DNA from: an uncultured Chryseobacterium sp.
GTDB lineage: Bacteria; Bacteroidota; Bacteroidia; Flavobacteriales_F; PHOS-HE28
Assembly (NCBI GenBank): GCA_964476665.1
Contig: CAYZBO010000002.1
Location: 285 to 64,284 of the forward strand
DNA: 64,000 nt
Direction: 5' to 3'
Below the pieces are notes generated by a model. The model worked only from the letters and a program-made list of their open reading frames with translations, searched no databases and was not told the DNA's origin. A program made the translations under genes and the position numbers. Shown in pieces: positions 45,426 through 54,895 of the stretch (the stretch's first letter is position 1; every line of letters starts with the position of its first letter).

Positions 45426-47840
45426 ATGAAAAGGTCGGTCGCCGCACTGTTGGCCCTGGCGCTCGCGCATCTTACATCCGCGCAGAACACCCTGCTGAAA
45501 GGGGTGGTGCGCGACAGTTTGAGCGGCGAACCGCTGATCGGGGTGAACGTCACCCATGCCCCGGGCAAGGGAGCGGCCACCGATGTGAACGGTTCCTATG
45601 GCCTCCAGCTCCCTGCTGGGTCGTATACCATCACGTTCTCCTTCGTGGGCTACACCACGGTCACCCGCACCATCACCCTGCCCGAAGCGAATTCCCTGAC
45701 CCTGGACGTGCGCATGAGCCCATCAGCGAAGCAGCTGGACATGGTGGTGGTGAGCGCCGGCCGTTTCGAGCAACGGGTGGGTGAGGTTACTCAGAGTCTC
45801 AGTGTGCTTCGCCCCGACCTGATACGGAACAAGAACTCCTTCGCACTGAACGAAGCATTGGACCAGGTCCCGGGGGTGGTGGTGGTGGACGAGGATCCGC
45901 AGATACGTGCGGGAAGTGGTTTCAGTTATGGAGCCGGTAGTCGGGTCCAGGTGCTCGTGGACGACATTCCCATCCTTAGTGGCGATATCGGTCGCCCCAA
46001 TTGGACCTTTCTGCCCTTGGAGAACATCGAACAGGTCGAGGTGATCAAAGGTGCGTCGTCCGTCCTTTATGGCAGTGCCGCTCTCAGCGGGGTCATCAAC
46101 CTGCGCACGGCCTATCCGCGGAGTACGCCGCGGACGCAGGTGTCCACCTTTGCCGGCACCTATGACTCGCCCGGTCACGCCCCGGCGCGCTGGTGGGGGG
46201 ACAATGCCCCGGTCTTCGGCGGCGCGAACTTTTCGCACGCTCGGCAGGTCGGCAAGCTCGATCTGGTGCTCGGCGGTGCCCTCTTTGCCGACGCCGGTCA
46301 CGTCGGTCCCGATCCGCAGGACCCTGACAGCCTAGCGGCTGACCCTTTCAGTCTCACGCCAGGTGGTTATGAGCGGAGGGCGCGCTTCAATTTCGGCACG
46401 CGCTGGCGCAACAGCAAGGTCAAGGGGCTGAGCTACGGATTGAACGGTAATGCCATGGAGAGCCGCAGTTCCAGCGTGTTCATTTGGAGCGATACGGACC
46501 GCGGTCTCTATCGACCTGAGCCCGGGACCGTCACCACCACGCGGGGCATGCAGTATTACCTGGACCCCTTTGTGGCATATGCCGGGAGGAAGGGCACCCG
46601 GCACAGCCTGCGCGGTCGGTATCATCGCCAGGAGTTCGACAATAACAACGACCAGAGCAACAGCAATGACGTGATCCATGGTGAATACCAGGTCCAGCGC
46701 AGGCTGGAGCTCTTTGGAGAGACCGTGGTCACCGCTGGGGTGCTCTTTCGCCAGGTGAACAGCGAGGCCCTGCTCTATAGGGGGGATGCGGACGGCGATG
46801 GGTCCAACACGGCCGACAATGCTGCCGCCTACCTTCAGGTCGACAAGAAGCTGTTCAACAAGCTCTCGCTCTCAGGTGGACTCCGTTACGAGCAGTTCAA
46901 GGTGAACACGGACGAGGTCTCCCGACCCGTGTTCCGGGCGGGTGCCACCTATCAGTTGCACAAGGCCACATTCCTGCGGGCCAGCTATGGTCAGGGGTTC
47001 CGCTTCCCCACCATCGGTGAACGTTTCATCAACACCAGCGTGGGCAAGCTCGTCATCTACCCCAATGCGGACCTTCGCCCCGAGCAGAGCTGGAACGTGG
47101 AGGCTGGTGTGAAGCAAGGCTTCAAGGTCGGTAATTTCATGGGCTATTTCGACGTCGTTGCCTTTCAACAGGAGTTCCAGGACTATGTGGAATTCACCTT
47201 CGGGCAGTGGGCGCCTTTGCGCATTGAAGTCGTGAACGGCCAGTTGGTGCTTGATCCCGGCCTGGGCTTCAAGAGCGTGAATACCGGAGGAGCGCGTGTG
47301 ACCGGTCTCGAGCTCGAACTGACCGGCAGGGGGCATCTGGGCCCGGTGGAGGTCACCGTGCTCATGGGGTACACCCACACCAAGCCGGTGTCCACCACCC
47401 CGGATCAGGTCTATGCGCTTCCCGTGAACGAGGCTTCCATACCGTACAGCTACAATACCACCAGCTACGACACCACCGACCGGATCCTCAAGTTCCGTGT
47501 GGAGGACTTGTTCAGGTCGGATGTTCAATGCACCTGGCGCAGGCTGCTCCTTGGCATCAGCACGCGGTACAACAGCCATGTCCGTAATATCGATCGGATC
47601 TTCGTTGACCTGGATGAGGCGGAGAGCGATGTGCTTGCCCTGCGGACCGGGGTGGGTGAGTGGATGCGCACCCACACCACCGGTGACTGGATCGTGGACG
47701 CCCGTGTCGGCGTGCAGATGAGCGAGCAGGTGCGTGTAACGTTGATCGTCAACAACCTTGGCAATGAGGTCTACGCATTGCGCCCCCTGGCGATCGAGGC
47801 ACCTCGCAGCATGCAGGTGCAGTTGAGCATGACCCTATGA
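45426..47840 (+). CDS. TonB-dependent receptor with an N-terminal carboxypeptidase-regulatory-like domain
   Basis: ATG at 45426 (MKRSVAALLALALAHLTSA|QN). A CarbopepD_reg-like segment reads LKGVVRDSLSGEPLIGVNV...TDVNGSY. The plug has IEQVEVIKGASSVLYGSAALSGVINL, and a long beta-barrel follows. Confidence 0.9.
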   Translation: MKRSVAALLALALAHLTSAQNTLLKGVVRDSLSGEPLIGVNVTHAPGKGAATDVNGSYGLQLPAGSYTITFSFVGYTTVTRTITLPEANSLTLDVRMSPSAKQLDMVVVSAGRFEQRVGEVTQSLSVLRPDLIRNKNSFALNEALDQVPGVVVVDEDPQIRAGSGFSYGAGSRVQVLVDDIPILSGDIGRPNWTFLPLENIEQVEVIKGASSVLYGSAALSGVINLRTAYPRSTPRTQVSTFAGTYDSPGHAPARWWGDNAPVFGGANFSHARQVGKLDLVLGGALFADAGHVGPDPQDPDSLAADPFSLTPGGYERRARFNFGTRWRNSKVKGLSYGLNGNAMESRSSSVFIWSDTDRGLYRPEPGTVTTTRGMQYYLDPFVAYAGRKGTRHSLRGRYHRQEFDNNNDQSNSNDVIHGEYQVQRRLELFGETVVTAGVLFRQVNSEALLYRGDADGDGSNTADNAAAYLQVDKKLFNKLSLSGGLRYEQFKVNTDEVSRPVFRAGATYQLHKATFLRASYGQGFRFPTIGERFINTSVGKLVIYPNADLRPEQSWNVEAGVKQGFKVGNFMGYFDVVAFQQEFQDYVEFTFGQWAPLRIEVVNGQLVLDPGLGFKSVNTGGARVTGLELELTGRGHLGPVEVTVLMGYTHTKPVSTTPDQVYALPVNEASIPYSYNTTSYDTTDRILKFRVEDLFRSDVQCTWRRLLLGISTRYNSHVRNIDRIFVDLDEAESDVLALRTGVGEWMRTHTTGDWIVDARVGVQMSEQVRVTLIVNNLGNEVYALRPLAIEAPRSMQVQLSMTL

Positions 47841-49537
47841 AAGGTTGGTCCATGGAGGGAAGGCTGACGAGCGCATCCGTGCTGTTCGCGGTCATTTGCA
47901 TGGCTGTCCTTGTGGGGTTGCATCCGCCCTCCAATGTGTTCAGCTGGGATGTCTTCGGCTACTACCTGTACCTGCCCGCCACCTTCATTCACCACGACCC
48001 GGCGATCCACGACATCAGTTGGGTGGAGGATGCGCGGCTGATGTACGATGCGTCGACCACCTTGTATCAGGCACAGGAGCAGCCGGATGGTGGCTGGGTC
48101 TTGAAGTATCCGGTGGGCCTGGCCCTGCTGTGGTCCCCCTTCTTCATGGTCGGGCATTTGGTGGCTTGGATGACCGGCCAGTCCATGGATGGATTCTCGG
48201 CCCCCTACCAATGGTCCATCATTGCCGCCTCCCTTGGCTTCGTTGCCATCGGTCTGCATGTGCTGGGCAGGTTCCTGCTGATGTATTTCCCGGACAAGGT
48301 CAGTGCCTTGGGGGTCCTATTGATCGGCTTCGGGACCAACTACCTCCACCAGGCTGTCTGGTCCGTGGGTATGCCGCATGTCCCGCTCTTCGCGCTGCAG
48401 GCGCTGCTCCTGCTTCTCACCGTTCGCTGGTACCGCCATGGCCGCACCAGTGACGCCCTATTGCTGGCGTTCACCTACGGACTGCTCTGTCTCGTGCGCC
48501 CTTCCGAGGTCGTGTTCATCCTGATCCCGCTGTTCTATGGAGTGGTCGGCATCCCATCGCTCAAGGCCCGGTTCGCTTGGTGGCGTGCACGAAAGATCCA
48601 ATTGTTCATGATGTTCACATTGCTGGCGGCACTGGCATCGGTCCAGTTCGTGTATTGGAAGGTGCTGACCGGCAAGTTCCTGTATATGAGCTATAACAAT
48701 CCGGGAGAAGGGTTCGAATTCCTCCGTCCGTTCGTGTTGGAGCTGCTGCTCAGCTATCGGAAGGGCTGGCTGCTGTACACTCCGCTCATGGCCCTCGCCA
48801 TTGGCGGTATCTGGTTGCTTTGGAGGGACCGCTCACCGTGGTGGCCTGCTATCAGCGCCTTCTTCCTGGTCAATCTGTATGTGGTGTCGAGTTGGAGTTG
48901 CTGGTGGTATGCTGACAGCTTTGGGCAGCGTGCGCTCGTGCAGAGCTATGCAGTGATGGCCGTGCCGCTCCTTTACCTGCTGCGAAGAGGGTGGGACATG
49001 CGGTCGGCAGGGAGAGCGCTCTTGAGCGCGACGGTCCCGGCCATCGTCCTGCTGAACCTGTTCCAGACCTACCAGGCCGTGAACGGCATCATTCATACTT
49101 CCCGCATGACAAAGGCCGCATATCTGGCCACCTTTGGCAAGATCGCTCCTCCTGATGGCCTGGGTGACCTTTTCCTGCCTGAACGCCTTCCTCATCTTTC
49201 AATGCAACCTCCGGTCCTGGCTGGCCATCGACCTGCTGCCTTGGTGGACGTGATGGGTGCGGCGGAGCTGGCATGGTCGGTTGAAGAGGTGGCCGGAAAG
49301 AGGCCTTTCTACCTGCAGATAGGCGGTGGCGCTCCAGCCCGGCTTGCGATGGAGCTTCGCCATGATGGATATCCCTATGGCATGTTGTCGCAGGCATTCC
49401 GCTCAGAGGATGCTGATCGTTGGTACACCGCTCCGGAGGTCAGGCGTCCGACCGATACGTTGAGGGTAAGCATCAGTGAAGTTCCGTCCGATCATTCGAC
49501 GTCGATCGTTATCTGGCTGGCGAACGGATCGGAGTGA
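47837..49537 (+). CDS. Polytopic membrane protein, ArnT/PMT (GT39/GT83)-like glycosyltransferase candidate
   Basis: 566 aa with about 11 TM helices and then a soluble C-terminal region of roughly 150 aa. The N-terminal loop FSWDVFGYYLYLPATFIHHD is reminiscent of the acidic first loop of GT-C enzymes. The function is an inference. ATGA overlap with the receptor stop. Confidence 0.55.
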   Translation: MKGWSMEGRLTSASVLFAVICMAVLVGLHPPSNVFSWDVFGYYLYLPATFIHHDPAIHDISWVEDARLMYDASTTLYQAQEQPDGGWVLKYPVGLALLWSPFFMVGHLVAWMTGQSMDGFSAPYQWSIIAASLGFVAIGLHVLGRFLLMYFPDKVSALGVLLIGFGTNYLHQAVWSVGMPHVPLFALQALLLLLTVRWYRHGRTSDALLLAFTYGLLCLVRPSEVVFILIPLFYGVVGIPSLKARFAWWRARKIQLFMMFTLLAALASVQFVYWKVLTGKFLYMSYNNPGEGFEFLRPFVLELLLSYRKGWLLYTPLMALAIGGIWLLWRDRSPWWPAISAFFLVNLYVVSSWSCWWYADSFGQRALVQSYAVMAVPLLYLLRRGWDMRSAGRALLSATVPAIVLLNLFQTYQAVNGIIHTSRMTKAAYLATFGKIAPPDGLGDLFLPERLPHLSMQPPVLAGHRPAALVDVMGAAELAWSVEEVAGKRPFYLQIGGGAPARLAMELRHDGYPYGMLSQAFRSEDADRWYTAPEVRRPTDTLRVSISEVPSDHSTSIVIWLANGSE

Positions 49538-49575
49538 TGGGTCTGCCGATACCTTCGCAGCCCGACCACAAAGCC

Positions 49576-50334
49576 ATGTCCGTCAACCGCATCCTCGGGG
49601 TGATCCCCGCTCGTTACGCGAGCACGCGACTTCCCGGCAAGCCCCTGGCAGATATCGCCGGCCGGAGCATGGTGATGCGCGTGGTCGACAGAGCGCGGGA
49701 GAGCCGCTCGCTCGCTGACGTGGTGGTGGCCACCGATGACCCCCGTGTTCTCGCGCACGTGGAGGAACATGGGGGGCGGGCGGTGATGACGGCAGCCGAC
49801 CATCCCAGCGGAACTGACCGATGCGCAGAGGCGTTGCGCATCCAAGGTGTCGATACCTATGACGCAGTGGTGAACATTCAGGGGGACGAGCCCTTCATTG
49901 CACCCGAGCAGATCGACGAACTATGTCGAACGCTGGAGCAGGCGCCTGGCGGGATCGCAACGCTCGCCCAAGTGGTGCGTGATGATGGTGATCTGGACGA
50001 CCCGGGCGAAGTGCTGTTGACAACCACGGTCGATATGGACGCCTTGTATTTCAGCAGGGCCGCGATCCCCTTTTTGCGCCAACCGGGGAGCGGCCCCCGC
50101 CACGCACGCTTCCGCTTCCTGAAGCATGTGGGCCTTTATGCCTTCCGTGCACCGGTCCTCCTGGACCTCGTACGACTGAAGCCGTCGCCTTTGGAGCTGG
50201 CGGAATCCCTTGAACAACTCCGATGGCTGGAGCATGGCCATCGTGTACGTGTCGGCCTGACCGAACATCCGTCGTTCTGTGTGGATACGCCGACCGACCT
50301 GGAGGAAGCGCGTCGTAGGGCCGCCATGATGTAA
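49576..50334 (+). CDS. kdsB: 3-deoxy-manno-octulosonate cytidylyltransferase (CMP-Kdo synthetase)
   Basis: MSVNRILGVIPARYASTRLPGKPLADIAG..., VVVATDD and NIQGDEPF. Alternative starts GTG 49534 and ATG 49537 overlap the upstream stop. Confidence 0.92.
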   Translation: MSVNRILGVIPARYASTRLPGKPLADIAGRSMVMRVVDRARESRSLADVVVATDDPRVLAHVEEHGGRAVMTAADHPSGTDRCAEALRIQGVDTYDAVVNIQGDEPFIAPEQIDELCRTLEQAPGGIATLAQVVRDDGDLDDPGEVLLTTTVDMDALYFSRAAIPFLRQPGSGPRHARFRFLKHVGLYAFRAPVLLDLVRLKPSPLELAESLEQLRWLEHGHRVRVGLTEHPSFCVDTPTDLEEARRRAAMM

Positions 50335-50344
50335 TTTGGCCGCG

Positions 50345-51409
50345 ATGTTCCTCGAACGTGAGCTGGCTGAATTGTTGCACCTGCATGATTGCGTGATCGT
50401 GCCGGAATGGGGTGGGTTCCTCACCCACTACCGCCCGGCGCGCCTTGATGAAGCCCGCCAGTTGATCCACCCGCCGACCAAGGAGCTAGGGTTCAACCGC
50501 CATCTGGTGCGGAACGATGGTCTGCTTGCCGATCATGTCGCCCGCAAGTCAGGCAGTGACTTCGAGGGTGCTTGCGGGGTCATCGCATCCTTGGTCACCA
50601 CCTGGCAAGAGCGCTTGGAGCGCGACGGCCGCTTAGAGTTGCCCCATATGGGCATCTTTTTCCGCGATGCCGAAGGGAATCTTCAGTTCGACCCGGACCG
50701 GCGGAGCAATTATCTGCGGGATGCGTACGGATTGCGACCCCTGCGGGCCCGCGCGGTCGAGCAGAAGCCGCTGTTGACGGAAGTGCCGGTGCTGCCCCTC
50801 AACCCAGCGGTTGTCGAGCCCGAGGCACCCTCCCGGACAACGCCGGCCTTGCGCTGGGTCGCCGCCGCCGCCGCCCTGCTGCTGCTGGGCTCCGCCACCT
50901 ACTGGGCGCTTGATCAGGGACCTCTGGGAGGTACCCGATGGAGCGATCTGGACCCGTTCAGGAGCGGGCCTGCGCGTTATCAGGGGCCGTCGGTCGAAGT
51001 CCCATCCCCAGTGCGCTCGGCATCCGTGTTCAACCTGCCGGAAGGGAACGCCGTGATCACTGTGCCCCTTGTACCGGAGGATGGCGTCGATATGATCGTT
51101 GATCTCCGTCCATCGAATGAGTTGGCGGTCGCCGATACCACAGCGGTCGCCCTGCCGGGCCCCACTTCAACACCATCCCGCACACAGGGCCGCTTTCATG
51201 TGATCGGGGGATGCTTTGCGCAGCCCGAGAACGCGGACCGCAAGCTGGCCGAGCTTCAAGCCAAGGGATATCCCGCCATCCGGCTCGCGAAGCGCGGTGA
51301 TCTCTATCCAGTTGCTTTCGGCAGCTACACCGACCGCAGTGATGCGTTGCAGGCGTTGGCCAGCGTCCGCTCGAACGGCGAGGGTGCGGCCTGGTTGTTG
51401 GTCCGCTGA
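50345..51409 (+). CDS. HU-like N-terminal domain / SPOR C-terminal domain protein
   Basis: The N-terminus has VIVPEWGGFLTHYRPARLD...LELPHMGIFFRDAEGNLQFDP, which is HU/CCDC81-like. A Pro/Ala-rich linker with one TM segment follows. The C-terminal SPOR-like segment reads RFHVIGGCFAQPENADRKLAELQAKGY...VAFGSY. Confidence 0.75.
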   Translation: MFLERELAELLHLHDCVIVPEWGGFLTHYRPARLDEARQLIHPPTKELGFNRHLVRNDGLLADHVARKSGSDFEGACGVIASLVTTWQERLERDGRLELPHMGIFFRDAEGNLQFDPDRRSNYLRDAYGLRPLRARAVEQKPLLTEVPVLPLNPAVVEPEAPSRTTPALRWVAAAAALLLLGSATYWALDQGPLGGTRWSDLDPFRSGPARYQGPSVEVPSPVRSASVFNLPEGNAVITVPLVPEDGVDMIVDLRPSNELAVADTTAVALPGPTSTPSRTQGRFHVIGGCFAQPENADRKLAELQAKGYPAIRLAKRGDLYPVAFGSYTDRSDALQALASVRSNGEGAAWLLVR

Positions 51410-51447
51410 TCCTGGCCCGCACGTGTGAGCCGTACCTTTCACCCACC

Positions 51448-51855
51448 ATGGGAACTGCCCAACGTGTATTGAACCTCCCCTCCTGTACGCTGACCTTTCT
51501 GGAGGGGGACGTGGTGCACACCCATTTCAAGGATGGCCGCATCGTGCAGGTCCCGGACGTGCAGGCCATGCTCGATGCAACGGCTGAAGGCCGCAACGGA
51601 CGCAAGGTCCTGCTGATGGTCTCCGTTGGTGAGGGTACCAGCATGAGCAACGAGGCGCGCATCTTCGCTTCCGGGCCGGTATCGGACCGATACATTGCAG
51701 CGGATGCGATCATCGTCCGGGACTTCGGTCATCAGCTTGCCGCCAATGTCTTTGTACGCCATCACAAGCCTGCCCGCCCCATTCAAATGTTCTCGGACCG
51801 TGACAGTGCGCTGGCCTGGCTGCTTCAACAACATCATCTCATCGACCTGGCATGA
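51448..51855 (+). CDS. Hypothetical protein, possibly with a STAS/SpoIIAA-like fold
   Basis: 135 aa with no signal peptide. The pattern ...LTFLEGDVVHTHFKDG...VLLMVSVGEGTSMSNEAR...AADAIIV resembles STAS-like domains of unknown function. ATGA overlap with the next gene. Confidence 0.5.
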   Translation: MGTAQRVLNLPSCTLTFLEGDVVHTHFKDGRIVQVPDVQAMLDATAEGRNGRKVLLMVSVGEGTSMSNEARIFASGPVSDRYIAADAIIVRDFGHQLAANVFVRHHKPARPIQMFSDRDSALAWLLQQHHLIDLA

Positions 51856-52505
51856 CCGTTCGCTCTTCGTTCGTTGCAGTCCTCCTGTTCGGCCTGTTGA
51901 TCCTGACCACCTCCGTCAATGCCCAGCTGGCCGATGGTCCTGAGGCGCGTACCATCCGTACCACCAAGGCGGAGGTCGTGGCGCTGGCGGTGTCTCCCAA
52001 GGGAGACCGCCTGCTGGTGGGCCTGAGCAAGGGCGCGGAGCTCTATGACCTGGAGAGCGGGAAGAAGCTGGTGACCTTCCCCTACAACGAGGACGGGGGG
52101 ACGACCGCATACTACGTGGCCTTCAACGAGAACGGGGAGTACGTGGTGCTCATCGGCCATTCCGGCAAACGCGTGGTCTATGATGTGAAGACCGGCAAGC
52201 CCGAGCCTTCCCTCATCCAGCACCGCTGGGTGCCCGATCCCCGTGCCGTGAAGGCCATGGGACTGGACATGGGCAACTCCGCCTTCGACCGGTTCTACCA
52301 GCAATCTGCAGCCACGTATGGCGACTACACGGTGCGCACCGGTAAGCACGGCAGCATCGAGTTCGTGAAGGAGGACAAGGTCACGCGCAAGCTGGAGTAT
52401 CCAGAGAGCAAGGACCAGCACCACCGCTCCCCCCTGCTGTTCTGGGAGGAGTGGTTCATCACCGGCACGGATGATGGCCGGGTGCTCTTCTACGCCTTGC
52501 GCTGA
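51852..52505 (+). CDS. Secreted protein with WD40/beta-propeller-like blades, unknown function
   Basis: 217 aa with signal peptide ...LILTTSVNA|QL. Blade-like segments are VVALAVSPKGDRLLVGLSKGAELYDLESGK, YYVAFNENGEYVVLIGHSGKRVVYDVKTGK and WFITGTDDGRVLFYAL. Confidence 0.55.
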   Translation: MTVRSSFVAVLLFGLLILTTSVNAQLADGPEARTIRTTKAEVVALAVSPKGDRLLVGLSKGAELYDLESGKKLVTFPYNEDGGTTAYYVAFNENGEYVVLIGHSGKRVVYDVKTGKPEPSLIQHRWVPDPRAVKAMGLDMGNSAFDRFYQQSAATYGDYTVRTGKHGSIEFVKEDKVTRKLEYPESKDQHHRSPLLFWEEWFITGTDDGRVLFYALR

Positions 52506-52948
52506 GCTCCGACCGCATCAAGCGCTTCCTGCACGTGGCGCTGCGCACCCAGCAGTCCGCTGTAGGCATGGCGCACCACGCCGCCTTGGTCGATGACGTA
52601 GGTGATCCGCTCGGAAAGCAGGCCCAGCACGCGGTCCACCTGATACGCCCGGTGGGCTATATCCTCCGTATCACACAGCAGCGTGAACGGTAATTGCCAT
52701 TGGCTGGCGAAGGCCTGCTGCGCCTCCTGGCCATCGCGACTGATGCCCACCACGGTGGCGTTCGCCGCCCTCAGGTCCGCAAAGGCATCCCGGAACGCGC
52801 AGGCCTCTTTGGTGCATACCATGGAATTGGCCTTGGGAAAGAAGAAGAGCACGGCGGGCCCTTTCTGCCAGGCTTGCGAAAGCGTGAAGGGACGACCGAA
52901 CTGGTCCAGGAGCGTGAGGTCGGGAGCAGGGGAACCGGTGCGTAGCAT
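52490..52948 (-). CDS. bcp: Peroxiredoxin (BCP/AhpC-TSA family)
   Basis: ATG at 52948 (MLRTGSPAPDLTLLDQFG...). The peroxidatic-Cys context is FFFPKANSMVCTKEAC. It overlaps the 3' end of the convergent gene by 16 nt. Confidence 0.85.
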   Translation of the reverse strand: MLRTGSPAPDLTLLDQFGRPFTLSQAWQKGPAVLFFFPKANSMVCTKEACAFRDAFADLRAANATVVGISRDGQEAQQAFASQWQLPFTLLCDTEDIAHRAYQVDRVLGLLSERITYVIDQGGVVRHAYSGLLGAQRHVQEALDAVGAQRKA

Positions 52949-53019
52949 GAGGGCTGCAAAGTTGCGGATCGTTGGCCCTTGACACCGACCTTCCACCGCA
53001 GTGGCGGTGAGCGGTCGCC

Positions 53020-53027
53020 TACTTTCG
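53020..53027 (+). promoter_or_regulatory. -7-like box variant TACTTTCG upstream of the thioesterase gene
   Basis: One mismatch to TAnnTTTG, 17 nt upstream of ATG 53045, within CCTACTTTCGCGG. Confidence 0.35.
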
Positions 53028-53044
53028 CGGGGCCAACGAAGCCC

Positions 53045-53560
53045 ATGAACAAGCCCTCCCGCCCCGTCAGCGACAGCTACGCGCAGACCACCCATGTGGT
53101 CCTACCCAACGACACGAACACGCTGGGCAACCTGTTCGGCGGGCGTTTGCTGCAATGGCTGGACATCAGCTGCGCGATCAGTGCGCACCGCCATTGCAAG
53201 CGCGTGGTGGTGACCGTGGCGGTGAACCACGTGGGCTTCGACAAACCGATCAAACTGGGTGATTTTGTCACCATCCACAGCCATGTGAGCCGCGCGTTCG
53301 GCAGCAGCATGGAGGTGTGGAGCGATGTGTACGTGGAGGACCAGGTGACCGGCGAGAAGATCAAGTGCAACAGCGCGATCTACACATTCGTTGCGGTGGA
53401 CCAGGCCGGTCGACCGGTGACCGTGCCCGAGGCGGTGCCCACCAATGAGGAGGAACAGCACCGGTACGATGGTGCGTTGCGGAGGAGGCAGCTGAGGCTC
53501 ATACTCAGCGGGAAGATGAAGCCGGAGGAAGCGACGGAGCTCAAGGCCCTGTTCGAGTAA
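53045..53560 (+). CDS. Acyl-CoA thioesterase (hotdog fold, YciA-like)
   Basis: ATG at 53045. Motifs are HVVLPNDTNTLGNLFGGRLLQWLD and ...VVTVAVNHVGFDKPIKLGD.... Confidence 0.85.
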   Translation: MNKPSRPVSDSYAQTTHVVLPNDTNTLGNLFGGRLLQWLDISCAISAHRHCKRVVVTVAVNHVGFDKPIKLGDFVTIHSHVSRAFGSSMEVWSDVYVEDQVTGEKIKCNSAIYTFVAVDQAGRPVTVPEAVPTNEEEQHRYDGALRRRQLRLILSGKMKPEEATELKALFE

Positions 53561-53654
53561 CTTTTTTAGAGGGCAGGGCGTCCTATGACGCATGATCACA
53601 AGGGGGGCGAGCCGACCCCCGTCCTTTCCATTGACCAACACCTCCCTCCAACAG

Positions 53655-54245
53655 ATGAATCAGACCATTTCCTTTCTACTGGCCGCCCCCGCGCTTGCCC
53701 TTGTGGTGGCCTGCAACCAACCGGCCCCTGCGCCCGAAGCTGCCGAAGCGGCCCAGCCCACCGAGGCCGAACTGGTGAAGCGCGGCGAGTACCTCGTGCA
53801 GGTCATGGGCTGCCATGACTGTCACTCGCCGAAGCTCATGGGCCCCCAAGGTCCCTATCCCGATCCGGACCGGTTGCTCAGCGGTCATCCTGCCGGCACC
53901 CAACTGCCTCCGTTGCCCAAGGACGCCGCCGGCTGGGCCCTGATGTCCATGGATCTCACTGCCGCTGTCGGCCCTTGGGGTACCAGCTTCGCGGCCAACC
54001 TCACCAGTGATGAGAGCGGCATCGGCAACTGGACCGAAGAGCAGTTCAAGCGTGCGCTGACCCAAGGCCTCTACAAGGGGCTGGAAGGCTCGCGTCCGCT
54101 GCTTCCGCCCATGCCCTGGCAGAACCTCAAGGATATCAAGGACGAGGACGTGCACGCGATGTTCCTGTACCTGAAGAGCACGAAGCCGGTGGCCAATGTG
54201 GTGCCTGCACCCATTCCTCCGGCTGCCCCTCCGGCGGGCGCCTGA
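53655..54245 (+). CDS. c-type cytochrome lipoprotein (single CxxCH)
   Basis: ATG at 53655 (MNQTISFLLAAPALALVVAC lipobox). The haem-binding motif is GCHDCHSP, with distal ...PPMPWQN. Confidence 0.75.
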   Translation: MNQTISFLLAAPALALVVACNQPAPAPEAAEAAQPTEAELVKRGEYLVQVMGCHDCHSPKLMGPQGPYPDPDRLLSGHPAGTQLPPLPKDAAGWALMSMDLTAAVGPWGTSFAANLTSDESGIGNWTEEQFKRALTQGLYKGLEGSRPLLPPMPWQNLKDIKDEDVHAMFLYLKSTKPVANVVPAPIPPAAPPAGA

Positions 54246-54267
54246 CATCCGTACTCCACGGCTCATC

Positions 54268-54311
54268 AGCGAGCGGGCCATCGTCCAGGCGATCGGTCCG
54301 CTCGCTTTTTC
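54268..54311 (+). terminator. Rho-independent terminator of the cytochrome c gene
   Basis: The 9-bp stem is AGCGAGCGG / CCGCTCGCT around a 21-nt loop, followed by TTTTTC. Confidence 0.6.
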
Positions 54312-54375
54312 AGGGCGCCTGCGATGTTGATCTGGATCAAGTGCCAGAGCCCGCCAGCGGCGGGAGTTGTGCGGC

Positions 54376-54894
54376 ATGGAACCGTGCATACCCGTGGAAG
54401 CCGCCACTCTGACACCGGAGACCTACCACGCGATCGTGGACCAGCATGCCGATGCATTGTTCCGCTTCATCCTGCGGCAGGTGCGCGACCGCGATCTGGC
54501 GCGCGACCTGGTACAGGAGAGCTTCATGCGGTCGTGGTTGAAGGCCGATCGCGTGTGCGCGGACAAGGCCCGGAGCTACCTGTTCACCATCGCCGCTAAT
54601 GCTGTGGCCAGCCAGATGCGGCGCAGACATGTGCCGGTGCGCCTGGAGGCCTGGCATGGACCGGTCGCTGCGGTGCGGCCACCCGAGCCCGACCTGCACA
54701 AGCACCTCGACGCGGGTCTCAAGCGTTTGCCGCCAAAGCAGGCCCACGTGATCACCTTGCGGGACATGCACGGGCTCAACTACGAGGAGATCGCCCGGGA
54801 AAGCGCACTGAACATGGCCCAGGTGAAGGCCTGCCTCCACCGGGCCCGGAAAGCCATGCGGACCTACCTGGTGCGGCCTTCGTTGCTGGCCTGA
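54376..54894 (+). CDS. ECF-type RNA polymerase sigma factor (sigma-70 regions 2 and 4)
   Basis: ATG at 54376; the track start at 54367 is TTG. Region 2 has ALFRFILRQVRDRDLARDLVQESFMRSW. Region 4 has LPPKQAHVITLRDMHGLNYEEIARESALNMAQVKACLHRARKAMR. Confidence 0.88.
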   Translation: MEPCIPVEAATLTPETYHAIVDQHADALFRFILRQVRDRDLARDLVQESFMRSWLKADRVCADKARSYLFTIAANAVASQMRRRHVPVRLEAWHGPVAAVRPPEPDLHKHLDAGLKRLPPKQAHVITLRDMHGLNYEEIARESALNMAQVKACLHRARKAMRTYLVRPSLLA

Positions 54895-54895
54895 A

